Below, piece by piece: positions 51,845 to 61,139 of a stretch of DNA of 64,000 nucleotides. The position numbers were made by a program, and so were the translations under genes. The notes beneath the pieces are model-generated. The model was not told the origin of the DNA, did no database searches, and saw only the letters and a list, made by a program, of their open reading frames with translations. This DNA comes from Candidatus Saccharimonadota bacterium (GTDB taxonomy: Bacteria > Patescibacteriota > Saccharimonadia > CAILAD01 > BJGX01). Numbering within the stretch: position 1 is the first letter of the stretch; each line of letters begins with the position of its first letter. The stretch lies in contig JAXLZU010000001.1 in the NCBI GenBank assembly GCA_046350735.1, forward strand, positions 307,950 to 371,949, written 5' to 3'.

Positions 51845-52212
51845 CGTCGGTGCTTGTTTCGGTATCTGCGTGCACGGGCATTATTGGCTTTCTCTGAAGC
51901 TTCAGATGAGTCGATTACCTTAATTTCTGTTAGTTTGGGTAAAACACATTCCTGCACACAGTTAAAGTGCAAGTGGCAATGCTGCCATCTTTTCGACATT
52001 TGAATACGCCTCATAATGACGTGGTCAGCACCAATCGGAATCTCGAGTTGACAACAGTAACAACGATATGGCTTCTTTGCAAAAGACTGGGCGAGAAAGA
52101 TAGTGATGTAATTACTATCTTTTGCGCGTAATGCCTGTCGCTTATTTGGTAAATCAATAAACTTTTGCAAATCCTCTTCGGATGGTGGACTTGAAAGGCC
52201 CAAGGTATTCAC
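51841..52212 (-). CDS. Hypothetical zinc-finger-like protein
   Basis: CYCC...HCHLHFNC; TTGACA-17-TATTAT promoter and GTACCT leader; start is GTG 52212 or TTG 52203. Confidence 0.65.
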   Translation of the reverse strand: MNTLGLSSPPSEEDLQKFIDLPNKRQALRAKDSNYITIFLAQSFAKKPYRCYCCQLEIPIGADHVIMRRIQMSKRWQHCHLHFNCVQECVLPKLTEIKVIDSSEASEKANNARARRYRNKHRR

Positions 52213-52407
52213 CCCATTTCTCGAAGGTACTGATTTAACAGAAGTTATAATACATATATTTATACATATTGTCAATAATATAATGTTATTGATAGTCTGG
52301 TTATTATTGCCACATTTATAACAATCTGCTACAATTATTCAGAAATAGCCATTATTTGGCGCTTTTTCATTTTTGCAATAATTATAGAAGGAGAGAATAC
52401 AAACCCC

Positions 52408-54534
52408 ATGGCGCGCGATTATAGCTTAGAAGACACCAGAAATATTGGTATTATTGCCCATATTGATGCTGGTAAAACTACCGTTACCGAAGGTGTACTA
52501 TACCGAACAGGTAAGGTGCATAAAATTGGTGAAGTTCACGAAGGTGAAGCCACCATGGACTGGATGGAACAAGAACGTGAACGTGGCATTACTATTACCT
52601 CTGCTGCTACCACATGTTTCTGGAACAACAAGCGCATTAATATTATTGATACTCCTGGTCATATCGACTTTACTGTAGAAGTAGAGCGCTCTCTTCGTGT
52701 GCTTGATGGTGCGGTTACTGTATTCGACGGCAAAATGGGTGTGGAGCCGCAAAGTGAAACTGTGTGGCGTCAAGCTGATAAATATGGTGTACCACGCATT
52801 TGTTTTATTAACAAAATTAACCAAACCGGTGGTGACTTTTATAAATCGTTAGAATCTATTCACGAACGACTTACTAAGCACGCGTATCCCATTCACTTGC
52901 CAATTGGTTTCGAGCAGCAAATAAATGGTGTAGTAGACCTTATTAGTATGAAGGCATACACCTATAAAGACTACACTGACAAAGAACTTATTGAGGGTGA
53001 AATTCCTGCAGATATGAAAGAAAAGGCTGAAAAATATCGTCAGCACCTAATAGAAGCTGCAGTAGAAGCTGATGATGCAGTTATGGAGAAATATCTAGAA
53101 GGTACCGAGCTAAGTGATGAAGAAATAAAGACCGTTATTCGCAAGTCGGTACTACGTGGAGACTTCTTTATTGTTTCTGGTGGTGATGGCCGTGGTGTAA
53201 TTGTAGAGAAATTACTCGACATTATTACCGACTACCTACCAAACCCACTCGAGGTAACTCCACCGCTTTCTATCGATACCAAGACAGGCGAAGAAAAAGT
53301 ACTAGAAGTGAGCGATGACGCACCTTTTGCTGCGTTGGCCTTTAAGATTGCTACCGATCCATTTGTGGGTAAACTAGCTTTCTTTAGGGTGTATGCAGGT
53401 ACGGTAAAGACTGGTAGCTATGTGCTCAATAGCAGTACTGGCGAAAAAGAACGTATTGGTCGTATTGTACGAATGCATGCCAATAACCGCGAAGAAGTAG
53501 ATGAAGTATATGCTGGCGAAATTGCAGCAGCAGTAGGTCTAAAAGCAACAATTACCGGTAACACCTTGTGTGATCCGGGTGGAAACATTGTTCTTGAGAG
53601 TATTACCTTCCCAGAACCTGTTATTAGTATTGCTATCGAGCCAAAAACTAAGGCCGACCAAGAAAAGATGAGTATAGCACTTGGTCGCTTGGCCGAAGAA
53701 GACCCTACCTTTAGGGTGCACACCGACGAAGATAGTGGCCAAACCATTATTGACGGTATGGGCGAGCTTCATCTCGAGGTGATTGTTGATAGAATGAAGC
53801 GCGAATTTAAAGTAGAAGCTAACGTTGGCCGACCACAGGTAGCCTTTAGAGAAACCATTAAAGGTACCACGCAGATAGAAGGTAAGTTTGTTAGACAATC
53901 TGGCGGACGTGGTCAGTTTGGTCATGTTTGGCTCGAGCTTAGTCCGTTAGTAAAAACCGAAGATGACGAAAAAGGTAAGATCTTTGAGTTTGAAAATGCC
54001 ATTGTTGGTGGTGCGGTACCAAAAGAATACATTAAGCCAGTAGAGCAAGGTATTATTGAGGCTATGAGTAACGGTGTTATTGCTGGTTACCCTGTAGTGG
54101 ATATTCATGCCAAGCTTTACGATGGTAGTTATCACGAGGTAGATAGTAGTGAGGTGGCCTTTAAAATTGCTGCTTCTATGGCCTTGCAAGAAGGTGTCAA
54201 AAAAGCCCAGCCAGTTATTATGGAACCTATTATGAAGGTAGAAATTACTACCCCAGAAGAATCGATGGGTGATGTTATAGGTGATATTAATGCCAAACGT
54301 GGACGAATAGATGAGATGGAAGACCGAAGTGGCGCCAAGGTTATTCGATGTTTTGTTCCACTTGCTGAAATGTTTGGTTATGCCACAAGTCTTCGTAGTC
54401 TTACTCAGGGTCGCGCCAGTTATGCTATGGAGTTTGACCACTACGCCGAAGTGCCTGGTAATGTAGCCGAAGAACTCAAAGGCAAATACACTGCCGCTAG
54501 AGAATCTGGCGACGCCTCGGCTCGCGCTAGCTAA
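52408..54534 (+). CDS. fusA: Elongation factor G
   Basis: [36 protein letters not shown] motifs. Confidence 0.99.
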   Translation: MARDYSLEDTRNIGIIAHIDAGKTTVTEGVLYRTGKVHKIGEVHEGEATMDWMEQERERGITITSAATTCFWNNKRINIIDTPGHIDFTVEVERSLRVLDGAVTVFDGKMGVEPQSETVWRQADKYGVPRICFINKINQTGGDFYKSLESIHERLTKHAYPIHLPIGFEQQINGVVDLISMKAYTYKDYTDKELIEGEIPADMKEKAEKYRQHLIEAAVEADDAVMEKYLEGTELSDEEIKTVIRKSVLRGDFFIVSGGDGRGVIVEKLLDIITDYLPNPLEVTPPLSIDTKTGEEKVLEVSDDAPFAALAFKIATDPFVGKLAFFRVYAGTVKTGSYVLNSSTGEKERIGRIVRMHANNREEVDEVYAGEIAAAVGLKATITGNTLCDPGGNIVLESITFPEPVISIAIEPKTKADQEKMSIALGRLAEEDPTFRVHTDEDSGQTIIDGMGELHLEVIVDRMKREFKVEANVGRPQVAFRETIKGTTQIEGKFVRQSGGRGQFGHVWLELSPLVKTEDDEKGKIFEFENAIVGGAVPKEYIKPVEQGIIEAMSNGVIAGYPVVDIHAKLYDGSYHEVDSSEVAFKIAASMALQEGVKKAQPVIMEPIMKVEITTPEESMGDVIGDINAKRGRIDEMEDRSGAKVIRCFVPLAEMFGYATSLRSLTQGRASYAMEFDHYAEVPGNVAEELKGKYTAARESGDASARAS

Positions 54535-54596
54535 TATATTGTTCGAGGTAATTCTAGGGCTATAGTTCTTACTTTGTTCGAACAATAAGACAATCT

Positions 54597-54660
54597 CAAA
54601 AAAAGACTCGTTCCCTGGGTCTTTTTTTGTAATAAAAAATCCCAGTTTTTCACTGGGAAA
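54597..54660. terminator. Two back-to-back terminators after fusA
   Basis: aaaaaaagact...ggtcttttttt, then tcccagt-ttttc-actggga. Confidence 0.7.
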
Positions 54661-54669
54661 TAGTACTCA

Positions 54670-55218
54670 TTATCCTGGGACAGGTGGAGGTAAGGCATTA
54701 GGAGAAGGTACTTTAATATTCTTGACAGCTTTTGCCAAGGTTTCGGCTTTTTGTCGAATCCAACCCTTTCCTCGCGGTATTGTATCGGCTGCAAAATAGA
54801 TAGAAACCGAATATAGCAGCCAACTCAGATCAACAAGAGCGTGAAATTTATCGCTATTCAACAGATCAGTAATTAGGAAAAAGAGATTAATAGTACCTAG
54901 ACCTAGCCTGATAACAATCCATCCATCCCCATTAAACTCACTTTTTAGCTTGGCATCAGAACCAGACTCAAGGTTCTGTTGGTCTTTGCGAAATAGCAAA
55001 ATTAGCATAATAAAAGCCATAAAGATAGCTAGCCATACTAACCCATCTAATGCATCAAACTTACCAATTGAGTACTTATAAAAGTAATAAAGTGTCGTAA
55101 CTAATTCAGAAAAAATTACGACTGCTATGGCAAAAAAATAGTTCGATCTACCAGTTAGCTTACACAAGAAGCTTAATGGCACATGCAAAATGCTTGCAAT
55201 AAATTGGTCAATTTTCAT
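54670..55218 (-). CDS. Four-TM membrane protein (accessory unit)
   Basis: TTGTAA-17-TATAGT promoter; TTCGCACCT leader; GGAGG SD. Confidence 0.7.
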   Translation of the reverse strand: MKIDQFIASILHVPLSFLCKLTGRSNYFFAIAVVIFSELVTTLYYFYKYSIGKFDALDGLVWLAIFMAFIMLILLFRKDQQNLESGSDAKLKSEFNGDGWIVIRLGLGTINLFFLITDLLNSDKFHALVDLSWLLYSVSIYFAADTIPRGKGWIRQKAETLAKAVKNIKVPSPNALPPPVPG

Positions 55219-55445
55219 ACATCCAGCCTCCCTAGAAAGGTGCGAAAGTATCAAATACTATAGCATCTAAATATAGTTATTACAATAAAAATTATTATGC
55301 TTGCAAAATAGCACAAAAAGCGTATTGTTGTTCTTGCCTTCCTGGGTTGGTGCAACCTCGTAAAATCGCTACAGCGACTAGCGGGGGAGTGAAGCGGGCG
55401 GAGTAACCCACTTTTCAGCCACCGGCGAGTAGCAAGGAGATTAGT

Positions 55446-55718
55446 ATGAGCGATGAGCCGGATCAGGAAGAAGTAAGGCAAGTTAATGACGATGATTGGC
55501 GTTCTCGTCCACTAACGCGACGACAAAAGCCAGCTCCAAAAGAACCTGATGTACCTGTAACAAGTGCAGAAGAACTCGCCGCAGAGCAGCGAGAGATACA
55601 AACATTTTTGCAGGCCAGCCAGCAGGCCGGGGTAGACCCTAGTGTCTTAACCGAGCGTCTTGGAAAAGTAGCCGAGCGCCTTGCTAAAGAAGACGATAGC
55701 ACTAACTCTTTGGAGTAG
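55446..55718 (+). CDS. Small acidic hypothetical protein (accessory unit)
   Basis: SD AAGGAG; long GC-rich leader; terminator ctcctacc/ggtaggag followed by ATTTTTTAT. Confidence 0.65.
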   Translation: MSDEPDQEEVRQVNDDDWRSRPLTRRQKPAPKEPDVPVTSAEELAAEQREIQTFLQASQQAGVDPSVLTERLGKVAERLAKEDDSTNSLE

Positions 55719-55865
55719 TTTAGTCACTCCTACCACAACCGGGTAGGAGATTTTTTATCCTACTAAAAAAGAATAGGTGAGCCTCTCTTGTATAATGATT
55801 TATGCAGAAGAGCAATCTTATGATAGAATATGGTCTGTCCTCAAACCCTTCCATCAGGAGGCTAA

Positions 55866-56138
55866 ATGGACGGAATGTACCTCGACGAACCTTTAGAACG
55901 ACTCAAGTTTGCATTGTTTGTTGTGGCTATTACGCTTTTCTCAATAATTATCTGTGTAGGCTTTGTGGCCTGGATATTCACCGGTGATATCGATATTCTG
56001 GCACGTACTTTGCTAGTGTTTGTTATTGCAACCCTCATGGTCCGTTTCTTTTTTGGCTATGAAGCTGAGGGGTATCGACCATCTCCTCCAGATAGTTCTC
56101 ATCCTGATATGGACGTTTGGACAGAAGATGAGCTCTAA
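55866..56138 (+). CDS. Small two-TM membrane protein (accessory unit)
   Basis: SD AGGAGG; TG-n-TAGAAT upstream; terminator agacc.../ggtcttttttc. Confidence 0.65.
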   Translation: MDGMYLDEPLERLKFALFVVAITLFSIIICVGFVAWIFTGDIDILARTLLVFVIATLMVRFFFGYEAEGYRPSPPDSSHPDMDVWTEDEL

Positions 56139-56287
56139 GTATAGACCTTTGTTTGCAAGGGTCTTTTTTCATAATAAAAGCCTTTACAAATCGAGAGAGA
56201 TTAGCTATACTAAATACAAGCTATTCCAAGGCGATTTTTTATTGTCTAAAATAATATATTAATAACCCAAAATAATAAGGAGAAATA

Positions 56288-57469
56288 ATGGCAGATTTTA
56301 AGCGCGACAAACCACACGTTAATGTAGGTACTATGGGTCACGTCGACCACGGTAAAACTACCTTAACTGCAGCTATCACTCACGTTTTGGCAAAGAAATT
56401 GCCTAGTGATGTAAACAAACCAATTAAGTACGACGAAATCGATAAGGCTCCAGAAGAAAAAGAACGCGGTATTACTATCGCTACTTCTCACCAAGAGTAC
56501 GAAAGCGAAAAGCGTCACTATGCTCACGTTGATATGCCTGGTCATGCCGACTACGTTAAGAACATGATTACCGGTGCTGCACAGGTAGATGGTGCTATCT
56601 TGGTAGTAAGTGCAGCTGATGGTCCTATGCCACAAACTCGCGAGCACGTATTGCTTGCTAAGCAAGTTGGTGTGCCAAAAATCTTAGTTTTCATGAACAA
56701 GATGGATATGGCCGACCCAGAACTTGCCGAACTCGTTGAAGTAGAAATTCGCGAACTCTTAGAAAAATACGATTTCGACAAAGATGCTCCAATTGTTAAG
56801 GGTTCTGCTCTTAAAGCTCTAGAAGGCGACGCTGCATCAGAAGATGCCATTATGGAGCTCGTAAAGGCTATGGATGAATACATTCCAGAACCAAAGCGCG
56901 ATCTCGACAAGCCATTCCTTATGCCAATCGAAGACGTATTCTCTATTAAGGGTCGTGGTACTGTTGCTACCGGTCGTATCGAACAAGGTAAAGTTAATAT
57001 TAACGACGAAGTTGAAATTGTTGGTATTAAAGACACTTCTAAAACCGTAGTAACCGGTGTAGAAATGTTTAAGAAAATGCTCGACGAAGGTCAAGCTGGT
57101 GATAACGTAGGTATCTTGCTTCGTGGTATTGAACGCGATGATATCGAACGTGGTCAGGTACTTGCCAAACCAGGCAGCATTACTCCACACACCGAATTTG
57201 AATGTGAAGTATATGTTCTTAAAAAAGAAGAAGGCGGACGTCACACCCCATTCTTTAAAGGCTACAAGCCACAATTTTACTTCCGTACTACCGACGTTAC
57301 TGGCGAAGTAGAGCTTCCAGAAGGTACCGAAATGGTAATGCCTGGCGATAATATCTCTGTTAAGGTAAAACTCCTTGCTCCAATCGCTATGGAAGACGGC
57401 TTACGCTTTGCTATCCGCGAAGGTGGTAAGACTGTTGGCGCTGGTGTTGTAACTAAGATTATCAAGTAG
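56288..57469 (+). CDS. tuf: Elongation factor Tu
   Basis: [39 protein letters not shown] motifs. Confidence 0.99.
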   Translation: MADFKRDKPHVNVGTMGHVDHGKTTLTAAITHVLAKKLPSDVNKPIKYDEIDKAPEEKERGITIATSHQEYESEKRHYAHVDMPGHADYVKNMITGAAQVDGAILVVSAADGPMPQTREHVLLAKQVGVPKILVFMNKMDMADPELAELVEVEIRELLEKYDFDKDAPIVKGSALKALEGDAASEDAIMELVKAMDEYIPEPKRDLDKPFLMPIEDVFSIKGRGTVATGRIEQGKVNINDEVEIVGIKDTSKTVVTGVEMFKKMLDEGQAGDNVGILLRGIERDDIERGQVLAKPGSITPHTEFECEVYVLKKEEGGRHTPFFKGYKPQFYFRTTDVTGEVELPEGTEMVMPGDNISVKVKLLAPIAMEDGLRFAIREGGKTVGAGVVTKIIK

Positions 57470-57484
57470 TAGAATACAAATACC

Positions 57485-57805
57485 ATGCCAGACGCACCAA
57501 CCAAGCAACGTATCCGCATTAAGCTAAAAGCTTATGACAATAAAGTAATGGATCAGTCGACTAAGCAAATTATCGATACCGCTATTCGTACTGGTGCGAA
57601 TGTAGCCGGGCCTATTCCTCTACCTACCGATAAGAAGAAGTACACTGTTAACAAGAGCCCACACATCTATAAGACCTCACGAGAGCAGTTTGAAATGCGT
57701 ACTCACAAACGTCTTATCGATATTACCGAGCCAACACCTAAGACGATTGATAATCTCATGAATCTTAGCTTGCCAGCCGGTGTAGACATCGAAATTAAAA
57801 TGTAA
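57485..57805 (+). CDS. rpsJ: 30S ribosomal protein S10
   Basis: [34 protein letters not shown] motifs. Confidence 0.98.
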   Translation: MPDAPTKQRIRIKLKAYDNKVMDQSTKQIIDTAIRTGANVAGPIPLPTDKKKYTVNKSPHIYKTSREQFEMRTHKRLIDITEPTPKTIDNLMNLSLPAGVDIEIKM

Positions 57806-57812
57806 AACATAC

Positions 57813-57851
57813 AATCTAAAAGGGCTCCTCTAGAGGAGCCCTTTTAGATTA
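57813..57851. terminator. Strong bidirectional terminator after rpsJ
   Basis: Perfect inverted repeat aatctaaaagggctcctc-ta-gaggagcccttttagatt. Confidence 0.85.
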
Positions 57852-57942
57852 CTAATAAATTGATGATAGTACTAATGACTAATATAAATAACCTAACAAC
57901 TTCTTAGCATATAAAAAACCCCAGATTTCTCTGGGGTATAAA

Positions 57943-59355
57943 TTACTCTTTGTCAGTTTCTGCTTTTTCTATCATAGTACGAATATCTCGCTGCATACGA
58001 GCCTTAATAAAACGTGGAAGCTTATAGTAGCCTTCAATACTTGGTGAAATATGGGGTCGTACAAAGGTAAAACCTGGTTTGATATAACGAATTACTCTCA
58101 AGCCTGTTGTTTTTTCAAACTCTTCTAGCTCAATACGGTGCTTCGCGCTCATGTTCTTTCCATCGGGCAAACGTCGCAAGTGCCCAGTTACGTGGTGTGG
58201 CTCACGGGTAATTGCGTTCAAGATGGGTTTACGTGGCTCGACTTCTTGCTGGCGTCCAGCTTTGTCGACATAAGTACGGCGTATGTATAAGAAATGTTCT
58301 GACGAATCAGAATCTGAGTATGGTTGTCCCGACTTCGGCTCATGATCTGTCGAGGGTTCAACAACGATCGTGTCCGCTGTCACCAGATCGTGATAGACTG
58401 AGCAAATCAGAAATACAACATTTTTAAAAATATTTGAATCATTGGATCCTAACTTGATTTCATCATCAAGATCTGTGTCCGTCAGAAAAGCCTCTTCGTT
58501 AATAAAGTAAGTTGCCTTTTTGCCACTGCTATCCACAAGGAATACCTGAAACTGCAAGTAGTCATCAAACGTGGGAAGTACTAAGAGCTGTAGTTCTACA
58601 ATCGCACCATAACCAGAAAGTCTTACCCGTACACCTCGCTCGTGCACAAGATATCGTTGATTGTAGTATGCGTCTTCCAGAAATTTTCTTGACTCTATCA
58701 AGATATCTGAGTTAGGTTCTTGTTCTAAAATATGTGAATTTTGAACCCAAAGGTTAATGTCACGGGGGTCGGGGTAAAAATCAATAGCACTCTCTGAAAC
58801 CGTACACATATCAATTGAGTATCCTACAAGCTTTCGTAGTACATCAAATATATCGTCAGCGGTATTGAGCCTGGTTTTGTATTTCTTATAGATGAGCTGC
58901 CCAGTACTACGGTTCTTGCCTAGCAAAAATTGCTTTTCGTTACCGATAAGTATACGAATGGTGGCAAAATACAGCATTAACACATTCCCAAGAGTATTTT
59001 CGTATGTGCCTGACTCTGTTTGGCCAAGGGTAATGTGTGCAATTTGAATTAAGATGTTTAATTCATTGACGTTATCCGCAAAATATTCGGGCACCCCAGA
59101 AAAAAGTTGTGCAATATTGTGGTAATATTGTCTCTCAGCTTCATTGGTCTGCATACCGTTCCGCACATTTTGCTTGCATGCCTCGATGATTAATAGCAGT
59201 TCATGGACAACGGTTTCAAGATATTTATGTCCCCTGGCAAAAACTTCATCCTCACTAACAAATGGGTATTTTTGCATGTGTGTATCGACATCACTAAAGA
59301 GACTAACGCAAGTTTCTGCGAACACGTTGGTAACTAGGCGGGGTTTACGCCACAT
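57943..59355 (-). CDS. Large hypothetical protein with C-terminal HxVxGHxR...FVRPH motif (accessory unit)
   Basis: REPHHVTGHLRRLPDG...TFVRPHI; TTTACA-17-TAATAT promoter; GGACCT leader. Confidence 0.8.
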   Translation of the reverse strand: MWRKPRLVTNVFAETCVSLFSDVDTHMQKYPFVSEDEVFARGHKYLETVVHELLLIIEACKQNVRNGMQTNEAERQYYHNIAQLFSGVPEYFADNVNELNILIQIAHITLGQTESGTYENTLGNVLMLYFATIRILIGNEKQFLLGKNRSTGQLIYKKYKTRLNTADDIFDVLRKLVGYSIDMCTVSESAIDFYPDPRDINLWVQNSHILEQEPNSDILIESRKFLEDAYYNQRYLVHERGVRVRLSGYGAIVELQLLVLPTFDDYLQFQVFLVDSSGKKATYFINEEAFLTDTDLDDEIKLGSNDSNIFKNVVFLICSVYHDLVTADTIVVEPSTDHEPKSGQPYSDSDSSEHFLYIRRTYVDKAGRQQEVEPRKPILNAITREPHHVTGHLRRLPDGKNMSAKHRIELEEFEKTTGLRVIRYIKPGFTFVRPHISPSIEGYYKLPRFIKARMQRDIRTMIEKAETDKE

Positions 59356-59433
59356 GATACCACCCCATGTCAAGGTCCTGGACTGAGCTTATATTAACAT
59401 AAATATAATAATTTGTAAATAAAAACCCTAGAG

Positions 59434-59913
59434 CTATCTAGGGAGAGGCTGGAGCAAATCAACTATGTAGCGTTCATTTAGACCAGCTGTAAAGAGTAAA
59501 TTTACCACTTTGTATGGGTCTTCATCTCTAATGCGAGCCATATCAATCTCGAGCGAGTAGGGCCGCAAAAAACTCGGTAGAGTAGGCTGTGCCAAAAAAG
59601 TAATTACTCTCTTAAGCAGTTCATCGCTACTGCATTCCGGCTCGCGAAATCGTGTTTCTGATATAGGAATACGAGGAGCGTGAAAATGCAGGGTGTTATT
59701 AAACTTCCTCACCGCCCGTGGCGAAGACAGCACAATTAAGAATGGTTCTTCTTGCCAGGTCCAATCGCCAAGGCCACGCGTGGCGGCAATGGCCCAAGCA
59801 ATGTCTGAATTTCGCAAGCACTTCATTAACTGAATATAGGTGACCTGATCGATTCTACCAGTAATTACTTCGAGACGGCCAATATCTGGGTCGTTCGGAA
59901 AAGGATGATCCAC
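59434..59913 (-). CDS. Hypothetical protein (accessory unit)
   Basis: TTGCAC-17-TACAAT promoter; GTACCT leader; TAG in the loop of ccctaga/tctaggg. Confidence 0.7.
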   Translation of the reverse strand: MDHPFPNDPDIGRLEVITGRIDQVTYIQLMKCLRNSDIAWAIAATRGLGDWTWQEEPFLIVLSSPRAVRKFNNTLHFHAPRIPISETRFREPECSSDELLKRVITFLAQPTLPSFLRPYSLEIDMARIRDEDPYKVVNLLFTAGLNERYIVDLLQPLPR

Positions 59914-60072
59914 CTGGAATGACCTTTCTGGTTGGAGAGAGCAGAGGTACGGCGAAATAGGATTGTATCAAGCAAATTGGCTGCGTGCAAGTAGTGAGAC
60001 AAAATAAAAACCCCGTCTGCTGATGCAAACGAGGAATGTCGAGCTCCAATCTCGACAGCGAACTTGTGGGGG

Positions 60073-60525
60073 TTAGCTGCTACGGTCGGTAACGAGCTGT
60101 AGTGAGGCGGATCTAGCGGTAAGCCGGTCGTACAGGTGAGGAAGCTGCTTCTCGAAAAAGCTTCGCAACGCAGAGGCAGAAGATCCGCTAAGGCGCTGCC
60201 GCTTCAACTGGCTTGGCATGATGTTGCGATACCTAGCGACAGAATCGAAGATGGCTGAGATCTGCCCCTCGACAAACTTCTCGTCAGGAACGATGGCCAC
60301 CACGGTGTTGCTGAGCCGAATAACCGTGATGCCATTCCGGTCGAGATAGCCTTCGATGGTATCTCCAAACCCGCTCTTGGTCTTCTCGCACATCGGCATG
60401 CTAATCAGCATTACCGTGCGACGTCTTTTGGTATTACCTACTTTCTGTGTTGGGTAGAACATGGCATACTCAGCTACCAAGCAACTACCCTCTTCTGAAG
60501 ACGGGGGTTTTTGATCTTGTGTCAC
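60073..60525 (-). CDS. Hypothetical protein (accessory unit, GC-rich)
   Basis: TTGACA-18-TACTAT promoter; GTACCT leader; GGAG SD; double hairpin downstream. Confidence 0.65.
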   Translation of the reverse strand: MTQDQKPPSSEEGSCLVAEYAMFYPTQKVGNTKRRRTVMLISMPMCEKTKSGFGDTIEGYLDRNGITVIRLSNTVVAIVPDEKFVEGQISAIFDSVARYRNIMPSQLKRQRLSGSSASALRSFFEKQLPHLYDRLTARSASLQLVTDRSS

Positions 60526-60729
60526 TCTCTCTCCCTCTGTGATTGATGAGCGACTGCGGATAGGTACTTTTGCATCGTTGCGAGATTGCAGCGATAAATT
60601 TTATAGTAGCCCTAATAATATAATACTGTCAATATATTTTGTGAAGCATACTACAAAAGCTTGCGCTTTATTCTTAAGCTGTATTACAATGTGTTTAAGT
60701 TAAAAAATGCTATTAAAAAAGGAGATAAA

Positions 60730-61095
60730 ATGCCAGAAGATAAAAAACCAGCAACAACAAGTAATGATTCAAATGATACCCTGATGGGTGTATTGGCGTA
60801 TTTAGGAATTCTATGTCTTATACCTTTTCTTGCAGCAAAAGACTCTAAATTTGCTCAATACCACGCTAAGCAAGGTCTTACACTATTCATTTGCGAAGTT
60901 GGTGTAACTGTATTGTGGTGGGTAATTATGTTTATTAGCGCATTTGGCGGATTAGGCTTCTTAGGTCTACTTGGTCTATTAGTATGGCTTGTTCAGATTG
61001 GTTTCTTTGTACTATCTATACTCGGTATTGTTAATGTTGTTAACAAGAAGATGGTTCCACTACCAATTATTGGTGGTCTCAATATCATCAAGTAA
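60730..61095 (+). CDS. DUF4870-like membrane protein
   Basis: LAYLGILCLIPF...FAQYHAKQGL...PLPIIG pattern; SD AAGGAG. Confidence 0.8.
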   Translation: MPEDKKPATTSNDSNDTLMGVLAYLGILCLIPFLAAKDSKFAQYHAKQGLTLFICEVGVTVLWWVIMFISAFGGLGFLGLLGLLVWLVQIGFFVLSILGIVNVVNKKMVPLPIIGGLNIIK

Positions 61096-61139
61096 TTGCC
61101 AATCTTTAAACAGGCTTGCCTGTATATAAAAAATCCCCC

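Noticed and set aside
54538-54586. TTGTTCGA repeat and TTGTTCGAACAA palindrome after fusA as an operator
   Set aside because: It lies between convergent genes with no promoter to control, and is too short to support a call.
53040-57519. Antisense and alternate-frame ORFs over fusA and tuf, and similar ones over gatA, dnaE, clpC, radA, rpoBC and rplC/D
   Set aside because: Shadow ORFs of strongly conserved genes with no independent expression signals.
47705-60632. Classical integron with attC sites
   Set aside because: No intI in the window; the hairpins are much shorter than attC sites and lack consistent RYYYAAC/GTTRRRY ends; each unit has its own promoter.
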